64,000 bases of DNA from Phoronis australis (taxonomy: Eukaryota > Animalia > Phoronida): assembly GCA_002633005.1 (NCBI GenBank), contig NMRA01000068.1, positions 699,092 through 763,091 of the forward strand. Direction: 5' to 3'. Every line of letters starts with the position of its first letter. Within the stretch, counting starts at the first letter, position 1. A program made the position numbers and the translations under genes. The notes below the pieces were generated by a model. The model did no database searches. It was not told the DNA's origin and was given only the letters and a program-made list of their open reading frames with translations. Shown here piece by piece: positions 13,036 to 27,600 of the stretch.

Positions 13036-14336
13036 TACAAGGATATTGCTATGAACAATTTTTAAGATATTTGGCTGTAAACTTAAACTCTACAGATACA
13101 GAAGCTTTTCTGTGAATGTCCTAGCAAGACATTGTTAGTTCGGAGAATGAACTGCTGATCAGCTATGCACACATGTTAGCCATGATGTTAGTTGGCCACA
13201 GCTTTTTAATAAGAAAATGAAAAATAGTTAAGAGCCAGATGGCTTGTCAACATACCCATAGTTTCTTCAGTAACAGATCTTTCGATCGCAAGCAGAAAAA
13301 CAGCAGGTGTAATGCAGGGTTTCTCGTTTATTTCTTCACACCTTGTCGTGCAATTTAAAATTGTTCGTGTTTACTAGTCATGATGAAACACATAACGTTA
13401 ATGTTGTTAGTATTCATAGTTTGGCACTCATTTTTAGTGTTCCAAATGTTGTGAAGTTTTCTTTATTGCACATAACAATATCGGAATGGTTACAGAAACT
13501 CTTTGCAAGTAAAAGGAACTACACGAAACTACTCAAAACAAATCTGTTGAAATTAAACCCTTTCTTAACAATTTTACATTCTGGCATCAGCTTGAGTCAT
13601 GTTTTTGGGTACTGTTTGAACTTTCAATGGACTTAAAATTCCATCAATGAATTAAACATATACAGAGAAAAATGTAACTTGGTGGTGGGCGGTTAGCTCA
13701 ACATGGGGTTTGACCCGGACATGTACAGTATTTCACGCCTGTCACTCTTTAATGTTTATTACGCAAACTACAATGTACAACTATAAGATTTATACCCACA
13801 AAGCATTATATCCGGACGTAAGTCAAAACTCACTTAGTTCAGATACATTGTTGAGAAACTAGGACTTGCAGTTTTTTAGTTTTTAGTTTACAGCACATAT
13901 TACTTGCCACACAAACTTCGGGTTAAGTGAAAAAATGAAGGAAGTTAATACACAGTGAACAGGCCACTAACACTAACTTTAAAGAAATTGGGGGGAAAAC
14001 AGTTGTACATAATGGGCTAAAGTCAGTCAAAAAATTTGATAACAGATTCCCAAGTTGCTAACAAATTATGAGTCTACAAATCATGTGATGTACACCTTAC
14101 AATCTGTGCCCAAGGAAGTAATGTGCAAACACAATCATGTCATGACTATCAGCTTAATTCCCAAAGACCATTATCACTGTACTTCATAACAATAAATGGT
14201 CTAAACCAAAAGTTGTCTTTGGTGATGGAAGACGAGATTATAGCTGTTTTATAATCACAACAGTATCCAAACAAATTTCAGGCCATACACTTGATGGGTA
14301 CACTAGATACCACCTGGACAAAGCTCGTCAGCTCAC

Positions 14337-14484
14337 CTAATGTTTGAGTTGTTCAGCTCTTGGATGACAAGCTCCAACTTGGCCTGCATGGTGCGCAATT
14401 CTCGTTCCTTGTTCTGGTTCAGTGTGTCAGACAGATGGAGACGACGGCGGAGGTCAACCACTTCCAACATGTTTTGTTGCATGT
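14337..14484 (-). CDS. MGAT4: MGAT4-like coding exon 2 (coiled-coil stem)
   Basis: TTCCAG| acceptor, |GTGAG donor; DMQQNMLEVVDLRRRLHLSDTLNQNKERELRTMQAKLELVIQELNNSNI resembles the MGAT4A/B stem; phases match flanking exons. Confidence 0.82.
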
Positions 14485-16539
14485 CTGGAATCAGAGAGGA
14501 TGGCATTTTATCAAATGCACACCAAATTGTATACAAAACATATGAAAAAACATCAATTTAATCCATTTAGTTAGCGCCATTATAAATCTAAAATCTATCT
14601 GACCTCATCATGTAATAAGAAAGTTAAGAAATTGTTATTTTTTTCCCGCGCAATCTTATTGGCCGACACTATAATATATAGAACGTATACAACAACAGTG
14701 TTCTCAAAACAGCAAATTCAAACTCTAAAGGAACTATAAAATTCATGTACATGATCAAAAGTCCATGTCCAGTTTGTGCGTTAAATTATGGTATAAAAAC
14801 GTTGAGCTGGTTACAAAATTGCAAAACGTCCTAATGACTAATCCCCCAATTCTTCAAACCTGTTGCAAAGGTTTTCAACTCGACGCAAATAAGCCAAATG
14901 CGTCCTGACAAAATTCCAACTTGACACAGTGACAAGCCATAACAGGTGCTTCCGCAACAACTCAGTCTGACCATAGTTTACATCAGAAACCTAATGTGCA
15001 TCTTCCAACACATCTACTATTTACATTTCTTGACACCGATTCCAAAAAACAGACTAATCACTACCTTGACACTTTTCCTAGTTGCGACCCGGATGAAAGG
15101 CCAACAACCCATCTGAGGAAATAGTAACCAGTTTGGAAAAAGGCATCGCCATCCTTAAATGTTCAGCACACCCTTTATTGAAAAAGTACCATTTACTGAT
15201 GAATCGAGTTTGCTCCCAGGCCACTGAAAATGCGCTATACATGAAAGAGATAGGTCAGCTAAAAAATGCCATGTGACCCCAGCATTTGCTTTTTGGCACT
15301 GGATATGTACAATGTGGTATGAGGAGACCAGCAGAACTATCCTTGCAGAGTGAAATTTTGAGGTCCTGCAAGTGAAAATAACGCACAGCGGTTGCTAGTT
15401 GTATTTTGACATTAGTTTTCATACTGCTGGCTGGCTGGCTAATATCCCTAATACGCAACATTTTGACTTTTTCTATGGCTGATTTTTTATGGATATATTT
15501 AAAATTTAGTACATAGTGATATCAATCCACTTCCAATCACAGTATAGGACTTGGCGAAAGTTGAACAGAGGGATCGGGGATCCCTCTTCAAAATGGCTGT
15601 CGGAGACCAGTCTTTGCTGAATAACACAATGGTGTACAATAAATTACCAAGGGTTGCCTTACCATGTGATATGTTCTAGAGATGCCCCTAAGGGCCACTG
15701 AATGTACGTGTTGCACTCTTATTGATTAGCACCTGTAAATGGGCCGGGGAAGCCAACGTTGGCAGTCTCCAAACAGGTATCCCAAGTACGTCTGTTGATC
15801 GATTGGAAATGGCTGGTCACCCACAAAAATAGATTTTCACAACACTCCTATGAATACGTTTTAATGCATTTACTGGCAAAAAATATAACCAGAAAGACCA
15901 ATTTATAAGTTATAGTTCATATTAATATCCAACATGTGCAAAGTAATTAACTGTGGTGTAGTTACCAGCTGACAGCATGTTCTGTCTTAGCCAGTCATCA
16001 CCGCGTAATCAGTACTTGACTTATCTGACGTAAACCCTTACCACCCCGTGAGCCTCTGTGACTGAACACCATCATATCCTGTTGTTCGCCATCTGTTGAC
16101 AGGTTACAGACAGCTCGTGTGGGCGTACACAGCAGGCCTTCATGCAGCGTACGTCCTGGGCGTCCAAATGGACGCCCTAGCACTAATCTGAGTTCCCTGG
16201 CAAGGACACTCAATGTATCATTTGGACACCCACTGTCAATAGGAACCTTTCAAGTTTGGACTCACACATTGTAATGAATACTAGGAAGCCTCTGAATGCT
16301 CACAGTGGAGGCTCTTTTTTCAAAGCAGGAAGAAATATACAATGTATATATAAAGTATATGCATTGTTGCTATTTTGACACTTGATTGACAGCATTGTAA
16401 GTCTTGGTCTACACAGTTTTTTTAGTAAAAATGCTCACCATAGAAGGCTGTTTTATAAACTTAGATGTAAAAACCTTGATCTATGCACTTTTTTGTAAAA
16501 AAATCTGTGTGTTTGGGGGTATTGATGGGGGTGGGGGGT

Positions 16540-16625
16540 TACGCGTCGGAATCATGGATGCCCTGGAATATTGGGAACCCCATTTTGGACACCCTATTTT
16601 CAAAATCCTGGATAAAGGCCTGGTA
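16540..16625 (+). repeat. Transposon-end-like repeat shared with ~32080-32160
   Basis: GCCCTGGAATATTG.GAACCCCATTTTGGACAC.CTATTTT..AAATCCTGG.TAAAG.CCTG. Confidence 0.7.
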
Positions 16626-17691
16626 CACAGGTTAATTAATCCACCGTTTGCTCATTACAACGTCCCTTTTAGGCTTTGGAAAAGGTCAGAAATTGAAAGG
16701 ACTTTCAAATCTATCGGTATAACGACTGTCTGAATTACACACACCATAACAACACTTCTTGACCATTTAAAATGCACATTGTAGATGAACATGTTTTGTC
16801 CGACAGCGCTAATGTTTGTCGGACAAGATGGCGACATGAACTGCAGTTGGAGGAGTGTCCGGAATGCAGCATTATGATTGGTAAATAACAACTGTCATTT
16901 ATTTTCAGGCGTACAGACAATTGCCTTAAGCAACTTGTAAAAGTTTCCAGAAACGAGTTCAGAGATTGATATTGACCACTGAACTGGTAGGTAATGACTG
17001 TTGACACAAAACGTTGAGACAGGGCTTTGATTAACCTGCATGTCAACATCTTTTGCCTTTTGCAGTACCTACTTTATAGATTCCTAATAGTTACAGTGTC
17101 AATGTGTGCTTCAAAGCTATTACTTGTGTGGTTAGCGTATTTCTTCATTGGACAATGATACCGTTTTCTCTTTTGTAGATGGTCCTGTGCAATGTAGTCA
17201 TATTGATCCTGAGTAATGAGCCGTTACCATTACCACTTGCTACTGATTGATCGTATTTGCAAATGTTCTTATGAGTTCTTAGTTAGTTGTTTGTTTTGTT
17301 AGTTAAGCATGTCATGCTATTATTTAAGTAAAACTTGAATTTTATCTCAAGTGGCGGGATGTTATATGCGTTATCTCTCCTGTGAGTTGTAGCCCTGGCT
17401 AAAACAGGGAGTTCTGGAATTGTTCTCTCATATTGTGATTGGTATTGAGTGCAGAATGAAAGACTAGACCAAGAATCAGCCAGCATCTACATTCTTGCAA
17501 TAATCCATTGGTACAGAACACTGCCAGCCATTTTGACGAGGGACCCATCTACTCGATTTTTACCAAAGGACTTTGCTTTTTGATACTCTATGCAAGCAGT
17601 GTTAATTACAACATTTAATAGTGGTACACTATTTCCTGCATACAGTATTTTCTGTGACACCGTTAACATTTTACTGGTGCATTCAACTTAC

Positions 17692-17782
17692 CATTTGAGC
17701 TGGAAAACAGTGACAGCCACAGCCAAGATATTGCCATGAAACACACCACAAATATAGCAAAAGTTCTCGGATATATTCGCAT
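17692..17782 (-). CDS. MGAT4: MGAT4-like alpha-1,3-mannosyl-glycoprotein 4-beta-GlcNAc transferase, coding exon 1 (signal anchor)
   Basis: Manual translation MRIYPRTFAIFVVCFMAISWLWLSLFSSSN: short basic N-terminus plus hydrophobic type II anchor; ends G|GTAAG donor, phase 1. Confidence 0.8.
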
Positions 17783-18506
17783 ATCCAGTCCAGTTGTAAG
17801 TTGATACCAAATTCGTTAAATGCTCCCAAATCTGCCTCAACGAGTTCTGTAAGACCTGCACCTGCAGACGTGGCCAGTCATCAGATAGCTTCAGATCTTA
17901 TGCACAGTGCTCACTAAAATCACGTTATTCACTCAGCTTATCGTTAGGACAAAACACATGATGGTTAGCCCATATGGCACTGAGCACAAGGGTGCAAATA
18001 ACGACACCGCGACACAACCTATTTCACCTCAAGATGTCATTTTCAGTAAAAAGATAAAAATGAATCACACTGATGCACAAACTTGTATCCATTTGGTTTT
18101 CACTTTTGTTCAATAGGAGGCGCTGTACTATAATCAGCCAACAAATAGTTTCGAACAAATCTCGTGAACATAAAATACTGCAGTTTATCATGTAAATATA
18201 GTTTTGATGTATTAAAAAAAAATGTTTATAAAAATTAGGGTCATGTTACGAACTCTTTAATATAAAATTGCGAGTTGAAAATTTCGCCCAAGACATGACA
18301 TTCGATCTGGTTTTCCAAGGAGCTACTATTACCAAAGCTATTACCTTCTGACACAGCGCCACCTATTTGATAGCACTGAAAATGTGCTGTAGGTCTCTCA
18401 AAGGTTTTTGTGTCATTTTGTGGAAATCACTTTCTGTTGTCAAACTCAAAAATCATGTCTTTCATTTTGTTATAGTGCTTTAACCATTGGTAGACTTATT
18501 TCAGAA
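17783..18506. promoter_or_regulatory. Putative bidirectional promoter / 5' UTR region shared by MGAT4-like and RECQL5
   Basis: Divergent start codons only 725 bp apart; inverted motif pair ATAGGAGGCGCTGT (~18113) and ACAGCGCCACCTAT (~18352). Confidence 0.6.
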
Positions 18507-18615
18507 ATGAGTTTAAATTCGACTTGTGCAATACGGAGAGCACTCAGGGATGTTTTCCTCCATGAAGAATTTCGATCAGATCTACAGAAAAAAGCCACAT
18601 GCTGTGTTGCCGAAG
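18507..18615 (+). CDS. RECQL5: RECQL5 coding exon 1
   Basis: [36 protein letters not shown] = RecQ motif 0 (L..vF....F...Q); G|GTATA donor. Confidence 0.88.
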
Positions 18616-21600
18616 GTATATTTCGTAATCAAATCGTCACCGTTGTTTTTTTTCTTATTTATATGGTTGCACACGGCCGCAAACCGGCAAAGTCAAATTG
18701 CAGCTGCAAGGGCATAGGGCATTGCATATAGCATGACTGCTCACTCTTGTTGCTGTCTGTCATATTGAATATGACGAGCACTTGTGTGATCATTGTCTTG
18801 ATACTCGATATGATAATACGGTCCTAGACAGTGACCACCATCTCTAGCTGGCCCAGTAGAGACAGTGTAGCTTTGTACGCCGGAAGTTTTTCGGCGAATT
18901 ATGACTCACACCAACTAAAATGTCAAAGTCGTGTTATAAATACCTTTTGCAAATAGAGTGACACCTTAGGAGTTAGGAGGCCATAGATGTCTTTAATTGC
19001 TTCCAACTCGAACAAATACCCCGGTTATCAAACTTTTCCTTCGAGCAGTTCCTCGTTCAGTTTCCAAATTGGTAATTGGCCATTTTTACACTGCGCACGC
19101 CATGGGATATGGTGTCATACCACCTGACGCGCACAGTGTTGAAAATGGATATTTTTCGATTTTGGTAACTGAACGAAGGATTGCTCGAAGAATTAAATTG
19201 AGAATGGGAGTATTTGATCGAGTTGGAAGGAATTTAAGACATTGACGGTCTACTTAGGTGTCCCTCTATGCGCTAAAGGTACTTTGATGTTTTAGTTGGT
19301 GTGATACATAACTTGTTGAAAAACTTCCAGCGTATGAAGCTCCTATAGGAGCTACACCATGTCTCCTGGGCCAGCTAGAGATGATGATCACTGTCTAAAA
19401 AGGTCCATAGTATACTTAGACAGTACCACCGACATCGTCTCAACTGGCCCAGCAGAGACGGTTCGCCGGAAGCTTTTTGTCAAATTATGAAAAATGATTA
19501 AACCATCAAAGTCATGTCTACTGGCATGAGCAGTGTAGGTACATTATGATAAAGTATTTTAATAACTATGCTTGTTTGAAGTTGACATATATATTTTTTT
19601 TTTGTAGGAAACAGCGATGTCTTTATCTCGATGCCTACAGGAGCAGGCAAGTCCTTGTGTTATCAGCTTCCTGCGGTCATAGCCAGAGGTGTCACTCTTG
19701 TAGTGTCACCACTGATTGCTTTAATGCAAGATCAACTTGAACATCTTCGTGAATTGGGAGTACCTGCGGAAACTATCAATTCTAAGATCAGTGCTTCGGA
19801 ACGAACCCGCATTGTGTGCGACTTGAGAAGCACAAATCCAGCCACGAAACTTTTGTACATAACCCCAGAGCAGGCAGCCACGGAAAGCTTCTGCACGCTT
19901 GCTAAGAACCTATATACTAGAGGTCTTCTTGCTTACTTGGTGATTGATGAAGCTCACTGCGTGTCTCAGTGGGGCCATGACTTTCGGCCAGACTACCTTA
20001 AGCTCAGCAGCTTGCGATTGACATTTCCGAAAGTCCCTGTTGTTGCGGTGACAGCAACAGCGACCAGCAAGGTAACCGAAGACATTTATAAATTGCTACA
20101 GTTACGCTCATTGGTGTCGCGATTCAAGGGAAGCTGTTTTCGATCAAACTTGTTTTACGAAGTGAAGTTCAAAGAACTGATTGTTGATCTCTACCAGGAC
20201 TTGTGCGACTTCATTGAGGGCGTGATTGGTGAAGATTCATTAAACAAGGTGGTCACCTAAGTTGAAACTATTTTTTGAGCTTCATAAATGAGACAAACTT
20301 ATTATGACATGTCAAACTGACATGTCAAACTGGCATGTCAAACTGGTATGGTACAAACGTTAAAGTTATGTAGAACCCTAGAAAAATATCAAAATGTGAC
20401 CAACTTTGGAACCTCATATCTCAGAAATGGCTGATGAGATTCATGTGTACCTTTCAAATAGTGCACCATTCTCAAATGCTTTTAATAGTTGTTTTTAAAA
20501 TATTCCATTCATGTATGAGGAGCTATCAAAAACAAAAACAAAATAGTTTAAAAGCTAATAGAGTTTTTAAAATTTTATCTTGAAAATTTTTATATTAAAC
20601 AAAATTTGGACATGTTGTTTATACTGTGGTTTGCTACTGATGTACCTACTTTTTGCTAAATATGAATAAAAGACATCATCACATGATGCATAATTGCAAA
20701 TTGATAGAAAAATCTAATTCTCTAGGCTTCCTACTTTCAGAATTTTACACACTTAAAATCTAGTTTTGAAGATATTTGACTGAATACACAGTCTTGTTGA
20801 TAAGGTCCTGCATAACCTTAAGAGCACTTTTTATTAGCAACTGTTCAACAAGGGAGTTAATTCCAAGAGCAGTAATGGGGCTATTTGGAAAATCTACAAT
20901 AACTAGAAAGCGTGCGTGTACTAGTGGTGATAGATTAACAGCCTCGATTTCGCGAGCCCTTTAAATACATGGTGAAATGGCTTGTAGGTGTGCAAACTGA
21001 ATCTGAGATTGCGTGAAAAGGGTGCTTCTATGAGAGAAAGTAAGCACGACCTTATACAAAGGTAAGGTTTGTGATTATTTTAACGATTATTCCATGTTTA
21101 TTCTACTGATGCCTGTTAACTGAGATACTCGCCGATGTCGGCTTCGCGACAGTCGCCAGTCGGGTTAATCTTNNNNNNNNNNNNNNNNNNNNNNNNNNNN
21201 NNNNNNNNNNNNNNNNNNNNNNNNNNNNNNNNNNNNNNNNNNNNNNNNNCACCTGTAACAGAATAGTCAGAGAAATATTAGCAAATTATAACAGAAAACA
21301 CAAGACAAAACTACTTTAGTAAGGCAGAACATACTTGACGTTTCATCTTCATGTTTATATGTAGAAACTAAATCTTTGTACCCAAGTCTTATTTAAGATC
21401 TGAATGAAACTATGTGAAACAGGCTAAAAGTGATTTAATAATGTGTATTTTTCACGACACCTAAAATGAGCATCTGACCTCAACAAGTAAAATTCATTCC
21501 AAGTGTCAGTTTTTATTCTAGTGCAATGTTATGACGTTTACTGAATAGCTTATTCATGTTAATTCGGTAACTAATCTGGTAGTCCTGGGGGTGGGGTCTG

Positions 21601-24600
21601 CTATGAAATAAGGAAACTCACTCGTCTAGAGAATTTTATTGGACATAGCATAGCTTTGAAGAGAAACGGCTTTGAAAAAGGCACCCCTGACTTCTGAGCG
21701 TCACGTACCACACACCTCTTATATTGGGCGCATTCCCAACATTGGAGGACAATATGGGAGTATGTGCTGCTAGCCTACTCGGCATCCGAGTCCTGGGTGA
21801 GTTTTCGAAAAGAAACACTTAGTTCCATTCAATAAACCCGTTATTCAGTGGGGTAACTGGTGGAGATAACATCACCGAACGATGTCGATAGAAACTTGAT
21901 TGCTAAAAACTTACCCAGTAACCGTCCTTATGTAGTCTCATAAAGGGGCTTCGGCATCCACACACTTTTTCTCAGTTGGTTGACCCTTTTGACCGCAATG
22001 CTCCACGAATGTAGAAACCTTGGGACTTTTGGTAATTTGTGACCACCTGTCAAAGACTTGCACCAGGGAAAATAGCAATAATAAGGTTTTGCGCGACGAC
22101 GTATTTTGATAACATTCCGTCTTTTTACCAGCTGTTTACATGCGGACAGCGACGCATGCGCAATTCAATCACCACTAGTACAGCAGCGACACCGCGAGGA
22201 GAATTCTCCGAATAGCCCCATTGTATCATAGTAAAACATGGCCAGTTTTTCTCCACTTATCCCTGTTGCCCCAAAGCTTTTGCAAATTCAAACAAACTCA
22301 CTACTAAACCTGTCTATTGTTTGCAGAGAACCCTAAACTAAAGAATTAGAAACTTTAATGTAATCTACAGTCAGCAAGTGACATTTTTTGTATGTTATTT
22401 GTAATTTTTGTCATTTGTGTAAGTGTTTGATTTTTAAAAATCGGAAGACCCAGCAGTGTCAAATTTTCTTGCCGAAAAGCATTGTGATGGTTATTTTCCT
22501 GAAATTTCAGGTTTAAAGCTACACTTACATATAGGTCTGAGGTGTTAGCCAATGTATATGACCTGATGAGATCATGCTTAACCAGGCCTCTCCAAATATA
22601 ACAACAGATGTGCTTGGGGCACATTAGGGATTGGAGGCTAAGATATTTGATGTGGTGACACTGGTTTCCTATAGAAATGTGAGCAAAAATATAATTGAAG
22701 TATTTTTCTAAAAACTCACCAATTTCAAAACGTAATTATCATTTTTTATTTTCACCTTTGTATTGAATACTTACTTTAACATGTTGAAGCATCATCAGTG
22801 CGATTTATTGTTAAGGAAAAAGTTATGCTTTGTTGTGAAATGTAAGTCAGAAAAGTTGACATACTAAAATTGAAGAATGTTAAAAAATTTCAAACAAATG
22901 TTGATACAGCCAAAATGCAAGAGGCACAAGTTTGAAAACTGTTTTCCGTTCTTCCTTAGGGTGATGGGGGCATTGTTTATTGCCGCACTCGTGATGCTTG
23001 CTCTGAAGTGGCTGGACGTCTTAGTCGTAAAGGAATCAAGTCCAAGGCTTATCATGCTGGTCTTAAGCCTGATATGCGCTCATCTGTACAGAGTGAATGG
23101 ATGGCTGGGCAGATTTCAGTCATTGTTGCCACCATCAGTTTTGGCATGGGTGTTGATAAGGCCAATGTCAGGTACTTTGCTGCTGTATTTCTGGAAATAC
23201 TGTAAACCCTAGATCAGTTGGATCCAACCAGATTGCCATATTTTATCCATACAAGTCAAAATATGACTTGATGTGCTTGAACTAGCACCACAGGACTTTG
23301 TCTGAGTGAAAGAAAGATTCGACTTGCGCACGTTCACTCATTTGTTGTATGATTGTAGAATTGTAATCCTCCAGGTTATCACCCTTGTTTGGTAAAATCT
23401 CCAGCTCCCAGTTTTCAAAGTGTTCACTTTTAAACGCCAATTTTCTGTTGTACACCCATCCCCTACTCATGTAATCAATCTTTTTGGTTTCTTGTGGTCT
23501 AAAAATCAGTTAGTCTTCACAAATTTAGCATTTTTGAGTTTTCTTATTAATAAGTGCATTAGTTTTATCTTTAATTACAATGGTGATTCAACAAAGTTGT
23601 TTTTAAGCCTCATCCATGTACAATGATTGATAGGTTAGCACAGTATCCGAACCACGCTAATCCCAATCATTTGTCAAATACACGCCCACATTTCATACTT
23701 CTACTTCCCAGCTCCTGACATTGTCACCCAATCTCAAAACCATGTGGCAAAGAGCTCTATTCACGTTTCTTTCTTACTCTTGTGAACGTAACCCTTTCAT
23801 TCTTAGTGTCACAACATGAAATGTGATACGTGCATTTTTATTGGCTAAGAAAATACCAACTGTCAAATCTTACTTCTTAGGTTTCATTAGATAAAATATG
23901 ACCCTTATTTACTGAGACGCAAAAATTTGCCTTTGGTTTCTGTACTTGTGTCGACGAATTTCCAAATTAATCGCATGTTAAGAGATCTTGTATGGAAAAC
24001 AAAATCTACATGGCCACCAAGCAACCTGGCAGTTGTAGACTTTCCATCAAGGTAGACAGTTTCCTGGTCATCAGATTGATTTCTGTGGTAGAGTCTTCAC
24101 TCTGTTCCTGTCTTCTTAAGTTCATGACACTACCCCGCTACCGTATGAGAATGTGCATTTTTCTTTTTCAATGCTTAGCGTATATTTTGTTTCTGTTGCT
24201 GGTTTATTGGTCTGAGCCCGTTGGTATACAATCTAGGAATATTTGGCTGTTAATCTCAATTCTGTAAATGTAGCAGTTGTTCAATGAACGTCGCAGTGAG
24301 CCTTTGTTGGTTTGTACAATGAACTGCCAATAATCTCTGTCCACTGTTTAGGCAATATTGATCAGCTATTTTCTTCAAGCAAATGACAAAATTATGATTG
24401 TCAACTGCCGCATAGTTTGTTAACATGCAAGATATAGTCTGTTTGATTTATTGCAGAAAAACGTTAGATGTAATGAAAAGATTTTGTTTAACTTGGCCTG
24501 ACAATGCTGTCACCTTATCAGTCAACGTTTATCTCAGTTTGTATTTTCGCCATTCCTGTTGCAGTGTTTTTCTTATTTCTTCGCAACTTGTTTACCAGTT

Positions 24601-27600
24601 TCCAACATTTTTGTGTTAATCAATATCTAGAAAACAAATTATGTGCCAGGACTTTTCACTTATTGTCATTTTTACTTATTTATCAACCATTAAAGTTAGG
24701 GGAATTTCTGCCATTTATGTTTACAAACTGCCGAGTAGTGAAGTTGCTGAAGAACCAAAATGAAGCTAACTATTTTTATGCCCTCTCGTATATTTTCATG
24801 TGTGTGCATGTTGCAGTCATCTCTGTTGGGGCGTCCGGTCTCAGCTGCTGTTTCTCCTAAACCCTACCGAATCTTAATGATATTTGGCAGATGTATTCCT
24901 ATAGAGTTGTCGACAGATGACTACGAGTTTCGGAGTTATCTGATTACCGCTCTGCCCCTGGTGTCAAATTTTAGGTTTGCTTCTATATCTTTAGACTTCT
25001 TTGATGGATTTTCATGAAATGTAGCGTAAAGGTTTCTCCTCGTGAAATATTTGCTTTGCGTGAGAGTGTAAGTGCCAAAATCTCCAATGGCAATGACGTT
25101 CCCTTTTTTTTACAATAGGATTGTATTTCTGATCACACACAGATATGAACTCAGAAATTGCCTGTCCATCAGCACGCGCGTAGCACTTACTTGAATGGTA
25201 TTCTGTAATGTTTATTCTGGNTTTACCAGTTTCCAACATTTTTGTGTTAATCAATATCTAGAAAACAAATTATGTGCCAGGACTTTTCACTTATTGTCAT
25301 TTTTACTTATTTATCAACCATTAAAGTTAGGGGAATTTCTGCCATTTATGTTTACAAACTGCCGAGTAGTGAAGTTGCTGAAGAACCAAAATGAAGCTAA
25401 CTATTTTTATGCCCTCTCGTATATTTTCATGTGTGTGCATGTTGCAGTCATCTCTGTTGGGGCGTCCGGTCTCAGCTGCTGTTTCTCCTAAACCCTACCG
25501 AATCTTAATGATATTTGGCAGATGTATTCCTATAGAGTTGTTGACAGATGACTACGAGTTTCGGAGTTATCTGATTACCGCTCTGCCCCTGGTGTCAAAT
25601 TTTAGGTTTGCTTCTATATCTTTAGAGTTCTTTGATGGATTTTCATGAAATGTAGCGTAAAGGTTTCTAACAACATGACAACCCTTCCCATATTCATACG
25701 GATTTGATGTATTCCTGCCACCTTATGGTCATTTTTTAGTCCATTTTTGGTATCCGCCTCTTTGTCCACCAAACCACTTGAAGGATCATTAATAAAATTG
25801 GCAGATGCGTCCTCGATGAGAAGACTGCAGTAGACATTAATTTTTGAACAGTCAGAACTGGTTCCCCCTTATAGCGATTTTGTTTTTTGTGTTTGTGGCT
25901 GTATTGCCTTCACCCTTTGTAGGATCTTTATGAAATTTGCCAGATGTGTTCCCATGTAGCTGGCAACTCATAAGGACTAGTGTCTGACTAAGCCAACTAC
26001 TGCTGTGCCCCTAGTGTCAATTTTATTTTTTTGCATTTATTTCTATATCTTCAGTCAGCGTCTGACATTAAGAAAAAACCCACCTCGCAATTGGCAAGTT
26101 GGATAAAATCTCAGCTCGCCATTTCGGATTTGAGGTTACTGAAGTTTTTAGTATTTACGGACGCCCTATAGGTGTTGCTTGCCAGGCAACCTATTGCGAT
26201 GCTAACACTGCCGCGCTTTGTTGGACTAGTTCTTGTAGGTCATGACCAAAAAAACTGCGAAGAAATGCGGCTGCAGTGCTAGAGTGAGAAATTGGGGATT
26301 TTTTAATTTACATTAATTTCATTAACGTCTTATGTTATATTAGAAAGTAGGCATGCATATCATTCCATTGTATTCAACAGCTTTGCTATCAGTCATGTTG
26401 GAATAGAGCGCTTTTCTTGGAATCGTCACAGTTCTCTCAGATACAGTGCTACAATTGATCGCTTTGTCTATGCATATGTTTGCTCATGACAACACCAGTC
26501 ATGATCTTGTGTGACAAGCTATCGCAATTTATCTGCCAGATTTTCACACTGTTGCCATACCACCTTCACTGTACGATACTTCTTGTACAAACACGATTCT
26601 CATTACTAAAAATCTATCGTATGATCATATTATGTACTTAAATGTGCTTCCCAAAGTACCTACACTGTCTACACATCTAAAACATGCACTATACAACACA
26701 ACTGAATTGTGAGCCTCCCACATCAATTGCATTAATTTGGTTTTCTGCTGACCCGTAAAAAGCACAACATGCCTGTTTGACACCTGTTGTATTTCCCAAC
26801 TATCTGGACACTGAGCAATTAAATGCCTATATGACCCACAAGACAAGCAGGTCAAACGTTTACCGTTAGACCCAATGGGATTCAAAGGTCTGTCATTAAC
26901 ACTCCTGGTGTGAGCAGTTGCATATCTACAACCACACCCTGTATTGTTGTTACGTTGTTTTCCACCACCATGCCAAGCACCTCTTCTGACATAGCCTGCA
27001 GTGAGGAGGGCATCCTTATGTTCAGCTAAAAACGCCGGCTCAAGTTTAAAACCCAATTCTGAGTTTTTTGCCGCTTTCTGCACTGCCTGTCACTTTTTAA
27101 CTTTTTTAGGGAGGATTTGTCCTGTTCACGCAATGTCGATTGCTCACTGTAGGTCATGCCTGTTAGTACTAGAAGTTTCTCCTCGTGAAATATTTGCTTT
27201 GCGTGAGAGTGTAAGTGCCAAAATCTCCAATGGCAATGACGTTCCCTTTTTTTTTACAATAGGATTGTATTTCTGATCACACACAGATATGAACTCAGAA
27301 ATTGCCTGTCCATCAGCACGCGCGTAGCACTTACTTGAATGGTATTCTGTAATGTTTATTCTGGTTGGCATTGTGGAAACAGCACCTGTTGGATCTGCGA
27401 TCACTGAAATCGCTCTGCTACCATTTGCTATGCTCAGTTAACAATCAAACATGGCTATTGTACAATACAATATGTTCCTTGTTAATGATCAAACATAGTC
27501 TGCACGCTTGACACTCTTACACCTGGCAGCTTACACATAAACTAACAATGTGTTGGTCCACCCAAAAGACAAATCAGACGACAATAAGAAGTGCGGGATG

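Noticed and set aside
15998-17669. Several 60-110 aa ORFs in MGAT4 intron 1 as a nested gene
   Set aside because: No recognisable motif and no coherent splice chain found
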